Shown: positions 52,235 to 64,000 of the stretch, piece by piece
Numbering within the stretch: position 1 is the first letter of the stretch
Layout: each line of letters starts with the position of its first letter
Source: Octopus vulgaris
Lineage: Eukaryota
Reading direction: 5' to 3'
Length of the DNA: 64,000 bases
NCBI GenBank assembly: GCA_951406725.2
Contig: OX597821.1
Coordinates: 91,698,001-91,762,000, forward strand
Made by a program: the position numbers and the translations under genes
Notes under the pieces: generated by a model
Database searches by the model: none
The model's input: only the letters and a program-made list of their open reading frames with translations
Told to the model about the DNA's origin: nothing

Positions 52235-52642
52235 ACTTGGTGGGATTTGAACTCAAAATGCAGAGAAACAAAACTGAACACTATGAAGCATTTAGTCATG
52301 AAATCTATCCATTTTATACCCACTGAAACCATGCTGATGATGGCAAGTGTGACGATGATGATGATGATGACGACAACGACGATGATAATGATGGGGGCTA
52401 TGATGATGATGATGATGGTAATGTCAATGACAACGGAAAAAGTGTTGCCATAATGATGATGATGATGGCTATGATGATGCTGATAATGATGATGATGATG
52501 ATGATGGCTGTGATGATAACAATGATGGAAGTTAATCACATGGCTTGAATATTTTACTTTTTTCATTCCATAAATCTAAGTTGTTTCGTCTATGTTCTAA
52601 TTTATTTGGTTCTTTTTTTTTTTTTTTGTTTTTATCTTGAAG

Positions 52643-52700
52643 ATCTTCCAAGATATTGGAAAGACATCATTTAATTTTCCAGAAATGTTTGTCCAACCAT
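52643..52700 (+). CDS. Candidate coding exon, spectrin-repeat helix-B-like
   Basis: Long poly-T acceptor ...TTTTATCTTGAAG. Phase-2 start matches the 47868 donor, giving R-SSKILERHHLIFQKCLSNH. Possible donor CAT|GTCAGC. Confidence 0.45.
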
Positions 52701-52724
52701 GTCAGCAAAAGAAATCTTGTTGAT

Positions 52725-52911
52725 TGTGATGATGATGATGATGATGATGATGATAATGATGATGATGATGATGATGACCGTGCTGATGATGACGATGATG
52801 ATGATGGCGATGATGAAAACAAGGATGATGATGATAATGATGACGATGACAAGGATGACGATAATGATGATGACGATGATGACAAACATGATAATGATGA
52901 TGATGATGATA

Positions 52912-52968
<57 letters not shown>

Positions 52969-53079
52969 GTGATGATGATAATGATGATGATAGCGATGAT
53001 GAAAACAAGGATGATGATGATAATGATGACGATAATGATGATGACAAGCATGATAATGATGATGATAATGATGATGACT

Positions 53080-53166
<87 letters not shown>

Positions 53167-53256
53167 GTGATGATGAAAAAAAGGATGATGATGATAATGA
53201 TGACTATAATGCATGATAATGATGATGATGATGATGATGATGATGATGTTGATGAT
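52725..53256. repeat. Long imperfect (GAT)n array with an internal duplication
   Basis: GATGAAAACAAGGATGATGATGATAAT recurs near 52813 and 52998, with a variant near 53172. Confidence 0.95.
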
Positions 53257-53879
53257 ATTTGTTTAATATTTGAATTGTTGATGAAGATAGGGGGAGAGAT
53301 TTTGAAGATGTTACGTGGTTAAAACATCCAAGGTAACTGCCCCCCCCCCCCCACACACACACAATAAAAGAATGATAATTTCTACCTCGAAAAAGTACTC
53401 CGCCTCCTTCTTCAAAGCAAATATCCCTGTCAATTGTTAAGAATTTCAATTTGAAGATGGATTTTTTCCTGATATAATAAAAAAAAAGTAATTTTTTTAC
53501 CATAGCTACAATGCTCAAGGTTATATATTTTGGGAGAGATTATAGTCCATTCTTTTATCAACCCCAAGTTTTAGCTGGTATTTATTTTATCGATCTGTCC
53601 AATAACAATGATAGACTAAGGCAAGCCCAGCAAGATATGGATACAAATTTATTTTCCTACACTACCAAGTTTGCCTTCCATATATGGTAATGATTATTTT
53701 GCTGATCTTTTTTGATATTTGTATATAGACAGTGCAAACGATGGTAATTTACCAATCTTTTATGTCCTGGTCTGTTTGGTTTTTGAAGTTTTCCAATTTT
53801 TTATTCAGCACATTTTGGGCTTACATGTTTGTATCACATTACAGGAATTAAGTCCAAACTTCTAGCACTAAAGCCAAAT

Positions 53880-54700
53880 CATCATCATTGTTCGACCGTG
53901 GTCGAGACAATGGAATTTACTATGTTACGCCAGACTTCACGGTCCATCATAGCATTCCGGAGGTCCTGTTGCTGGATGCCTGTATCCCTGGAGATTACAT
54001 CAGGGTAGGAGAGTGTGCGCCCTCTGGTATTGCGAGTAGATGGCTTCCAGAGGAGAAGAGTAGAAATTGCCTCGTTTTCAGATCTACAACAATGTCTAGC
54101 AAACTGGACTCTCCTACCTTTCACAAGAGATGACACAGGTGGTAATTTCCCATATATTTGCATTTTGGTTGGATGGTGCTTCCACGAGAGATTTTGAGCT
54201 CTCATAAGGAGGCAAGTGTAGGTTCCATACAACCACCTCTCAAGCTTCTTTGATAGTATCCAGGTTTCTGAGCCATATAGTAGAATTGGTTCGACTGTGG
54301 CTTTGAATATTTCAAGTTTGAAGTCTCTACTTAGATTTGATGACCAGATCTTATGCATGTCATTACAGGCTGACCAGGCCATACCCTTTCTAGTTAGAAA
54401 GTCTTTTCCAGATGATGATATGTATGACCCAAGATATTTATAATCAGAAACCATATTTAAAGGTGCACTGTTGAGAGTATGGATGATGCAATCACTGTTG
54501 GACAGGCACTTGTTTATGTATTCAGTTTTGGCCTCATTGAGGTAAAGACCTACACAATTTGAGGCTTGTTCAAGAGATTGTAAAAGAGACTGGGCATTGG
54601 AGAGAGAATCACTGATAAGAGCGATGTCGTCAGCAAAGTCAGTGTCTGTCAAGTACTCAGCTGGGTGTCTGGAACTTCTTCTTGGTTTTATTTCAAAAGA
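53880..54700 (-). mobile_element. RTE-type LINE 3' fragment (open RT C-terminal ORF 53885-54715)
   Basis: LTDTDFADDIALI, YKYLGSYI, ILLYGSETW, AMMDREVWR; a (TGA)n tail follows the stop directly. Confidence 0.9.
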
Positions 54701-54714
54701 AATACAATATGACA

Positions 54715-55235
54715 CTGCTACTCAGTTGGTTACAATAACGAGGGCTCCAGTTGATCTGATCCGTGGAACAGTCTGCTTGTGAAATTAACATGCAAGTGTT
54801 TGAACCAACACGTGTGCCATTAATGTAGTTCTCAGGAAGATTCAGCGTGACACAGAATGTGACAAGGATGGCCCTTTGAAATGCAGGTACAACTCATTCT
54901 TTTCTTTACTTGTTTTAGTCATTTGACTGCAGCCATGCTAGAGTACAACCTTTAGTCAAGCAAATTGACCACAGAATTTATTCTTTGTAAGCCTAGAACT
55001 TATTCTATCGTTCTCTTTTGCTGAACCTCTATGTTACAGGGATGTAAGCACACCAGCATCGGTTGTCAAGTGATGTTGGGGGGACAAACATAGACACACA
55101 AACACATATATATATATATGACAGGCTTCTTTCAGTTTCTCTCTACTGAATCCACACACAAGGCTTTGAGATAGTAAAAGACATTTGCCCAAGGTGCTAC
55201 ACAGTAGGACTGAACCCGGAACCATGTGGTTGAGA
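54715..55235 (-). mobile_element. SINE cluster: tail-2 fragment (54715-54900) and family B copy (54900-55235)
   Basis: Homology to 8963-9140 and to 21217-21617. Confidence 0.7.
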
Positions 55236-55269
55236 AAGAATCTTTTTAGGCAAGGTTTGTACTCAATTT

Positions 55270-55800
55270 TTTTATTGCCAAGATTCCCAAGGATCCAATG
55301 ATAATTAGGAGTTCCATGACCTTGCTAACGTCTTCGTTCCAGGACTTGAGTATTTCTTACTTTAAGTTAGTATAATGCCCTAATATTTCCTTTCCCTTTC
55401 TTTTCATTCTGGTCTCAAATCGACATGCATTGTCAATTACAATAAAATATAATATTCCTTCTTTTCAATAATGATAATATCTGGTCTATTGTGTTCTATT
55501 CTTCGTTTGGTTTATATAGGAAATTCCCACAACTACTCACAGCATCATTTTTGATGACCTGCATTTCTATTCCCACAAAATGGTTATAGATGTTTTGTGT
55601 GCCAACAAAGCAAATTTTCTGCAAAATTTCCAGGGTATTGTTGCAGCAATCTTATCATATCTACACTTTTTGTATTCTGATACAATGTGAGCTATGGTCT
55701 CATCTGAATTATTAAACGTATTGTGTTTGGGTGAGCAGCCTCGATATATCATGCACTTGATACAAGTTCCTGATATAATAATAATGTGCAATAGAAAAAT
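55270..55800 (-). mobile_element. R4/Dong fragment (RLE region), heavily decayed
   Basis: ETIAHIVSEYKKCRYDKIAATIPWKFCRKF and IEHNRPDIII-like motifs. Confidence 0.65.
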
Positions 55801-55869
55801 GTAGGCCGTTTGGTGAAAAGGTAGAAAATGAGTGGCCTGTGACCAGCCTGTGCACAAAGCTAAAGCAGA

Positions 55870-56370
55870 AGGAATACTAGTAATGCCATGATAACATAGC
55901 AAAAATCATTCATTGGAAGTTATGCAAAAAATATTGTCTTGAAAGAGCAAGCCAGTGGTATGAGCATAAACTGATGGTTCTGTAGAAATTAACCACACCA
56001 TGGTTTTATGGGATTTTTAGTACAATGTGACCATGAAATAGAACATCATAAACCAGATATTATTATGATTAACAAAGTCAACAAACAATATTTGATTCTA
56101 AAAGTGTGTTATCCAGCTGACAATGAAGTTTGTGACAAAAAAGTTGAAGAAGATTGAGAGTTATGAATTACTATCATGAGAATAAAACATTTGTGAGGAA
56201 TAGAAAGTGTTGAGGTCATCCCAATTGTTGTTGGGTCACTAGGTACCATGAGCAGCAGAATTGAAAATTGCTGTTGAAAAAAATCAGAGACAATGTCAGG
56301 GTGGGGCACTTATATAAAACAACACTCCTTGGAACTGCTAGAATACTTAGAAAAGTGCTTGGCAATTAAA
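55870..56370 (+). mobile_element. R4/Dong fragment (RLE and C terminus)
   Basis: HDNIAKIIHWKLCKKY, EIEHHKPDII, VIPIVVGSLGT, LLGTARILRKVL. Confidence 0.8.
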
Positions 56371-58415
56371 GGTGCTATATCAATCCACTGGTTGTTGACA
56401 GGTTGCGCTGGTATTAGGCCACAGGCAACAAATGCTGTGCAACAAGTGGAATAATGCTACCCCTGCTCTGCATAGGCCACTGCAACCTCTGCATTTATGG
56501 GAGGCCTGTGGCAAGTTACACAAGGCAAACTTGGCTTCCAAAAGCTTTGGCCAGCAACAAGGTAACCCTTTACATGAAAATTTCAAATAAACACACCTGA
56601 GGAGCAAAACCTGTTAAAAATCATTCCCATTCATTGCAATTGCAATGGTGACAACAATTTCAAACCCAAATAAAGGCATGACTGGGAAGACTCACATGGA
56701 TGCCCAAGATACCAGATCTCCCGTACCTGGCAGGGACCCCTCAGAGGGCAATGGAGTGGAAAACAAGACTCCACCTAGTCGTAGTCCTTTTACTGGTCAA
56801 AATATGCAATGTGTTCGCAAACACAAGTGGTCTGTTGATATGAACAAAAAGGCAATTCAGTGCCATGAACAAGCCCTGCGAGACAAGAACAAATGCTGGA
56901 TTGCAAAAACAGATCCTGAAATGGAAAGGCTGATTGAGACTGTACAGATGTGTAGCAAGGATATAGTGATAGTATTCAGTATATTGAAGTGTACAGTGTT
57001 AACGTTGAAATGGGGGAAAAGAGCAAATTGTAAGGGCATAGATTTGCCAAACTGGGAGAGAATAGAAGACCTGGATGATGATGGGTGCAAGTACCTTGGG
57101 ATCCTGGAGCTAGACAATATCTTGCACAGAGAAATGAAAGACAAAGACACCATTGCGTATTTGAAGCACCTCAAACTTCTCTTGAAATCAAAACTCAACT
57201 CAAGGAACCTTGTGACTACCATCAACATATAGGCTGTTGTTGTAGTCTGCTATAATGCACCCATCCTGAAATGGACACAAGCGAAGATTAACCAACTTGA
57301 TCACACTACCCGAAAGACAATTGCAATGCATGGTGTCCTCCACCGTTTGGCAAACATACGCAGGTTCTACATGAAGAAGTGTAAAGGTGGACATATGCTG
57401 ATTAGCATACAAGAATGCACCAGCAGTGAAAGAAGAAACATGGCAGAATATTTGGTAAACAGCAAACAAGACCTACTACAGTATGCTACTACTGCAGAAG
57501 GATTTACCAAAAATGGATTTGAGAGTGTTCATGGATTTCGATCACGAATAACCAATGAGAGAGAATGAACTCTACTCCGCATGGAATAACAGTCAGTTCC
57601 ACCGTGAAACTAACTACTTAAAAGAGCAGGAAGTATCATGGAGGTAGCTCAGCAAAGGTGATCTAAAAAAGAAGACTGAAAACCTAATCATCGCTGCCCA
57701 TGATCAGGCATTGAATACCAACTTAGTGAAAAAGGATATGTACCACACAAGTGTAACGAAACTCAGCAGAATGTGTGGGAAGAGGGTCAAAAACATGACT
57801 CATTGCTAGTGCTTGTAAAAGTCTTGCACACAAAGAGTGCAAGTGCAGACACGACAAGTTAGCCCCAAACCTTCACTGGCTACTGTGCCGGAAGTATGGA
57901 TATGAGGTAACGGGTGTTTGGTACCAACATACACTGGAAAAGGTAATGGACGAAAAAGAGAAGGTAAAAATTCTCAGGGACTTTGACTTCCACACAAAGT
58001 GTTAGAGCACCGAAGACCAAATATAGTAACCTTTTGGAGGGACAAACAAGAGTGCCTAATAATCGACGTGGCAGTGCCAGGAGATCAACATATTATCATG
58101 AAAGAAAGAGAAAAGGTTGATAAATATGGAGACCTGAGAATTGAGATTATTAAGGTGTGGCAGCTACGAGAGTCAGACATAAAGATTGTCTCTGTTGTCA
58201 TCAGAGCATTGGGCTCAGTACTACCCAACCTGAAAAACATCTGGAAAATTTAGAAAAAACCCTACTATCTAGATGCAACTGGGAACTGCGTGCATATTGC
58301 GTAAAGTACTGTCTGTCTGAGGTCCTTGTTTTGACTTGACTGACAGTAAAAAAACTCCAGTAGAACAATATCTTCAATCAGGAACATCACGATATTGGAT
58401 ACTGTGGGACATCTT
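56370..58415 (+). mobile_element. R4/Dong element, internally deleted (5' region fused to post-YMDD RT, then RLE), ending at (TAA)n
   Basis: ORF 56645-57232 includes KYLGILE and LLLKSKLNSRN. Downstream RHDK, EHRRPNIV, LIIDVAVPGD. 3' end runs directly into (TAA)n at 58416. Confidence 0.8.
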
Positions 58416-58416
58416 A

Positions 58417-58511
<95 letters not shown>

Positions 58512-58583
58512 CAGTAATAATAATAACAACAACAACAACAATAATATTAGCAACAACAACAACAACAACAATAATAATAATAA
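58416..58583. repeat. (TAA)n/(CAA)n microsatellite
   Basis: Directly visible. Confidence 0.95.
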
Positions 58584-59049
58584 TTATCCTTTCTACTGGA
58601 AGCACAAGGCCTCACATTTGGGGCAAAGGATTAAGTCAATTACATCAACCCCAGTGCATAACTTGTACTTATTTAATCGACCCTGAAAGAATGACAGGCA
58701 AAGTCAACTCTGCGGAACTTGAACGTGGAACATTGTGGCAGGCGAAATACTACTAAACATTTCACCCAGTCAGCTAAAGATTCTGCCAGCTTACTGCCTT
58801 AATAATAATGATAATAATAATAATAGTAATGATAATAATGTGTGGGAAGAGGGTCGAAATTGTGACTCCATTACTAATGCTTGTGAAAGTCTTGTATAGG
58901 AAGATTACAAATGCAGACACGACGAGGTAACTCAAAACTTTCACTGACTACTATGACAGAATGATCCAAACTGATCAACCTGGCCTAATTACGAAAGACA
59001 GTGAAGAAAACACTTGTAAACTAATAGATGAAAGTGATTGTAATGAACA

Positions 59050-59439
59050 TGCATATATGTTAAGGAATTTGACAAATTAAGTAAATACAAAGACCTGGAA
59101 ATTGAAATACAAAAGATGTGGCATCTTAAAGCCAGAACTGTTCCTGTCACAGTAGGTACCCTCGGTATGATAAAAGAGAAGTCAGAAACATCTAGATAAG
59201 ATCCCAAGAGAACCATGTCTCAGAGAAATCCAAAATATGACAAGTACAACTCACATGCTTAGAAAACCCTATCCATTTAAATATCTGTGATGTATTACAC
59301 GAAAATATTTTGCTATTTACCCTGACACTTCCCATCCCCAAGCTTTCAGTCAAACTGCAGCATCTTTTATCCTTCACTCACCCCAGGACGCTGCGTGTGT
59401 CTCGACAAGTGATTGTAACGAACATGCATATTAAAAGTA

Positions 59440-59440
<1 letters not shown>
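59050..59440 (+). mobile_element. R4/Dong 3' end fragment followed by (TAA)n
   Basis: KEFDKLSKYKDLEIEIQKMWHLKARTVPVTVGTLGMI, then UTR and (TAA)n at ~59441-59482. Confidence 0.75.
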
Positions 59441-59482
<42 letters not shown>

Positions 59483-59997
59483 GCAGTTGTTATTATTGCT
59501 GCTGCTGCTGCTATTGTTATTCTAGTATGTTGTACCATCATTATTAATACTGGTATTTGTAGATTGGTGGAATCATTAGAGCAACGGAAAAAATATTTTG
59601 CAATATTTGTTCTACCTCTTTACATTCTAAGTTCAAATCTCAATGAAGATTACTTTGTCATTTATCTTTCCGGGACTGATAAAATAAAGTAACAATCTAA
59701 TATTTGCATTAAATTAATTGATTAATACTGTCTACTTTATATTACCAGCTATTACCTATATTAGAAACAATTATTAATATCTTAATTGGAATCATTATTA
59801 ATTACTACTGCAGCCTATTATTAATTACTACTGCAACCTATAAACTACTGAGTTCATTAGAGAACAGAATATATTCTGAACAAGTATGTGCTAGATGTTA
59901 CTTCACTTAATCAACTCAGCTACTGGGATCAGCTAAAATCTTAAGCAATTTGTATCATTGCAATGATGGAAAGAGTGACGGGAAATATAAGGGCTGC

Positions 59998-60056
<59 letters not shown>

Positions 60057-60150
60057 TACATACATACATATATATGTATGTATATATCTATATCCATATC
60101 TATATCTATCTATCTATCTATCTATCTATCGATATATATATATATATATA

Positions 60151-60710
60151 TACGAGTAAAACGCACCCCGTCCAATGGACGGTGCTGAGTTGTCAAACAT
60201 TTAAACCAGATTTTCTCAAAACAACTTGTCCAACCGTCCCATAGGCCTCCCCTTTGAGAAACACTGATTTAATCTAAATTTGAGACACCAGCAAAAGAAG
60301 AAATAAATATAGACTTTTTTCTATTCCAAAGAAAAAAGATTTTATTCACACAAATATGCAACCGAAGAGTTTAAAGTACCAGTAATGATAAGGCTGTTGA
60401 CTGGGAGAACACAAACATGGTTTAAGCAGTAAGCCTGGCAGGAAAGAAACGTGCCTCTAAACAGTACAAAAATGAAAAAAATGAAAGGTGCAGTTATGTA
60501 CAGGTTGATGGAAGAAAAGCAGAAACAAAACGGCTTTATCGTTCGCATTCTCACCTGGAATCGATTTTTGTAATTTTTTCAAGACTTATACATGCCCTGG
60601 TACCGTCAGTATCTATATATCAAATTTGAGTGCAATTGGATGGAGGCTGCCCGAGATTCTATAATACACACACAGAGACAGACAGAATGGATTTTATATA
60701 ATATATATAT
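60151..60710 (-). mobile_element. Probable non-autonomous Helitron (second family)
   Basis: Minus strand starts TATATTATATAAAATCCATTCTGTCTGTC... and ends with hairpin CCGTCCATTGGACGG plus ACTCGT (degenerate CTAG|T). Confidence 0.5.
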
Positions 60711-60717
60711 GCATATA

Positions 60718-61052
60718 GTGAAGGCACATGGCTCAGTGATTAGAGCGGCGAGCTTACGATCGGGAGATTGTGTGTTCGATTCCCAGACCGGGCTGCATGT
60801 TGTGTTCTTGAGCAAGACACTTTATTTTATGTTGCTCCAGTTCACTCAGCTGTAGAAATGAGTTGCGACGTCACAGGTGCCAAGCTGTATCGGCCGTTGC
60901 CTTTCCCTTGGATAACATCAGTGGCGTGGAGAGGGGAGGCTGGTTTGCATGGGCAACTGCTGGTCTTCCATAAACAACCTTGCCCGAACTTGTGCCTCGG
61001 AGGGTAACTTTGTAGGTGCAAACTCATGGTCATTCATGACCGAAGGGGATCT
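60718..61052 (+). mobile_element. tRNA-derived SINE, head E plus tail 3
   Basis: TGGCTCAGTGATTAGAGCG...GTTCGATTCCC, GTGTTCTTGAGCAAGACACTT, then a GCCTTTCCCTTGGATAACAT tail also seen at 49610-49660. Confidence 0.75.
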
Positions 61053-61707
61053 TGAATATGCACACACACACACATATAGGTTTGGTGATGCAAGCAAAAA
61101 TACAAATTATGAGTATAAGTTTATTGTTTTCATTGATAATTAGCACAAATTACGGAGTGACTCAAGGGACAAGGGTTTCACATTTTGATAAGCGCCACAC
61201 ACGAAATTCTTTGTCCTTGAGTCACTCAATAAATTCTGCTGATTATTAATAAGTAACGTTTGTGTATGCACGTGCATGTGTGTGTGTATGTGTGCGCATG
61301 CGTATGGTTCAAATGTACAGAAAGCAAGAGACAAAGACGGGTGAGGGAACAACAAGTGGGTATATTAGATTAATGCTCAGGAAGAATAGAATAGACTTTG
61401 ATGTTTTGAGCCTATGCTCTTCTTCAGGAAGAGATGAGATATGAAGAAAAAATGAAGAGTGAAAAATGTGTCAGCATTAACAATTATAATATACATGTTA
61501 TTAATTATTTGTATGTTTCAATTGATTCAAGGTACTTTAATAATAACGACACCTAGTCAGGGTCAAAATTAGTATTTCTATGTATATATTGTATACGGAT
61601 ACTCATGCATATATCAATGTATATACGCACATGTCCAAACACTTAAGCATACATGCACATAAACAAATCAATATACATATTCTTATAACTAACTATACAT
61701 ATATAAG

Positions 61708-62685
61708 TGAATGTGTGGTAAGAAGCTTGCTTCCCAACCACATGGTTCTGGGTTCAGTCCCACTGTGTGGCACCTTGGTCAAGTATCTTCTACTATAGTC
61801 TCGAGCTGACCAAAGCTCTGTGAATTGATTTGGTAGACAGAAACTGAAAGAAGCCTATCGTATATATATATCGTCATCATCGTCGTTGTTTAACGTCTGC
61901 TTTACATGCTGGCATGGTGGGTTGGATGGTTTGATTGAGGACTCGTAAGCCAGATGGCTGCACCAGGCTCCAATCTGATCTGGCAAAGTTTCTACAGATG
62001 GATGCCCTTCCTAACACCAACCACATCGAGAATGTAGTGGGTGCTTTTTATATGTCCCCGGCATGAGGGCTAGCCAGGCGGTACTGGTATCAACTATGCT
62101 GGTGGTGAGCTGGCAGAAACGTTAGCGCGCCGGTTGAAATGCTTAGCGGTATTTCGTCTGTCGTTACGTTGTGAGTTCAAATTCCGCCGAGGTCGACTTT
62201 ACCTTTCATCCTTTCGGGGTCGATAAATTAAGTACTAGTTACGCACTGGCGTCGATGTAATCGACTTAATACCTATGTCTGTCCTTGTTTGTCCCCTTCT
62301 ATGTTTAGCCCCTTGTGGGTAATAAAGAAATAGGTACTGGTAACTAGTACGCTGGAATGATGATTTTTACGTGCCACCAGCATGGGAGCCAGTCAAGCGG
62401 AACTGGCAATGACCACGCTTGAATGGTGATTTTTACATTCTTCTGGCATGGGAGCCAGTCGGGCAGCACTATTTATGTATGTATATGTTTGTGTGTCTGT
62501 GTTTGTCCCCCACCATCACCCGACAACCGATGTTGGTGTGTTTATATACCCGAAATTTAGTGGTTCAACAAAAAAAAAACGGTAGAATAAGTACAAGACT
62601 TACAAAGAATGAGACCTGGGGTCGATTTGTTCTATTAAAGGTAGTGCTCCAGCATGGCCACAGTCAAAATGACTGAAACAAGTAT
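61708..62685. mobile_element. Nested SINEs: family B (+) containing family A (-) containing family C (+)
   Basis: B head 61708-61862 and B tail 62480-62685; A 61870-62100 and 62333-62470; C 62101-62332. Confidence 0.8.
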
Positions 62686-62995
62686 CAAAAAATATATTTT
62701 TATAGAAATAGAATGCCCGGATGCAGAGTCACAATCCACTTTGAGTTTCAGATCCAACATAGGAAAGTATCCAGTTGTGGTGTTTGCATAAAGAGAGAAC
62801 ACAAGTGGCATGAGATTCTCTACAGCTGTTTCAGACATATTCTTATTGATGAATAAACCAATGCCATCATGAAAGAAAGAAATGTTTCAAAATGTTGAAT
62901 TAAAACTTTAAATTTAAAATTTGTCTCTGCAAAATTATCAAGATATGGAATGTGTGTTGACTGGCAAAGCATAAGGAGTATTATATATATGTATA

Positions 62996-63139
<144 letters not shown>

Positions 63140-63456
63140 TCAACTAAAGATTGTGCTCCAGGACAGCCACAGTCAAATGACTGAAACAAGTAAAAGAATA
63201 AAAGAAATACACACACACACATATACATATACATACATACGACGGATTCCTTCAGTTTCCATCTACTAAATCCACTCGTAGGTCCTTGGTTGGCCCGAGG
63301 CTATAGTAGAAGACACTTGCCAAAGGTGTCACACAGTGGGACTGAACCTGGAGCCATGTGGTTGGTAAGTAAGTACTTACCACACAGCCACTCCTATGCC
63401 TACGTAAGTGAGTGTGTGTGTGTATATGTATATATATATATATATACACATATATT

Positions 63457-63715
63457 TATCAATTTGCTTTGCAAGATTCCTAATGTGAAATCATGTGTTG
63501 AAACATGTTGCATTTCCAGATGGTCATTTTATGTATTTATTTATTTATTTATTTTTGACAAATACATATATATACATACATATATATACTTATCAATTTC
63601 CTTTGCAAGATTCCTAATGTGAAATTGTGTGTTGAAACATATTGTTGCATTTCTTTCTGGATGGTCAATTTATTTATTTATTTATTTATTTTTGCCAAAT
63701 AAACATATATGTGCC
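63457..63715 (+). repeat. Diverged ~134-bp tandem duplication
   Basis: CTTTGCAAGATTCCTAATGTGAAAT occurs at ~63467 and ~63602 with the same downstream context. Confidence 0.8.
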
Positions 63716-64000
63716 TCTGTGTGTATTTTGATGTGAATGTATATATCAACAAATGTTTTAACAATTCAGTAATTTGACACTGATAAAGTCAGTACTAGAG
63801 GCCGTTCAATCAACTAAAGCCATTTCTAAGCGGTAAATCCACAGGTTGACCTTGTATGGCTGCAGCTAATTACTAACCCAGCTTAAAAAATAAAAAGTGT
63901 ATCTGGAAAATTCTAGATGTTTTATTAGCAGATTATTGTATTGGGCAATCAGATTAACATTAACTAGATCCATATACGGAGACATTTCTCTAAGAGTCTA

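Noticed and set aside
52667-53322. Poly-Met, poly-His, poly-Ile and poly-Ser ORFs
   Set aside because: Alternative frames of the (GAT)n array.
56470-56530. Twister-like TAAC...ATAAATGCAGAGG on the minus strand
   Set aside because: Lacks the P4 loop/pseudoknot segment and a pairing P2 stem.
62816-62853. Minus-strand GAAACAGCTGTAGAGAA resembling the 3' half of the 4064 hammerhead
   Set aside because: No CUGANGA core upstream.

Overview
AT-rich, repeat-dominated animal DNA. The SINE families, microsatellite load and non-LTR clades suggest an octopod cephalopod (inference). There is no long intact ORF, and nearly all track ORFs are microsatellite or satellite artefacts. The window holds: (i) many tRNA-head and RTE-tail SINEs with shuffled head/tail modules; (ii) decayed R4/Dong, RTE, Penelope-like (PLE) and Gypsy/Mag fragments plus three non-autonomous Helitrons; (iii) a ~16.6 kb satellite complex (28.8-45.4 kb) running into a 100-N gap, made of a 59-bp G-rich repeat, a TTAGGG junction, and a higher-order array alternating a 13-bp repeat with an ATGCAAAT-octamer repeat; (iv) two or three short plus-strand candidate exons that splice in phase into a spectrin-repeat-like peptide. 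The most notable signal is a set of minimal type-I hammerhead ribozymes (HHR) in PLE-type repeats. These include a ~1.6 kb spacerless foldback with an intact HHR at each outer end (14.7-16.3 kb) and a PLE 3' end with a tRNA-like Pol III module just upstream of its HHR (48.7-48.9 kb). All calls are by eye; no database searches were run and most repeat boundaries are approximate.
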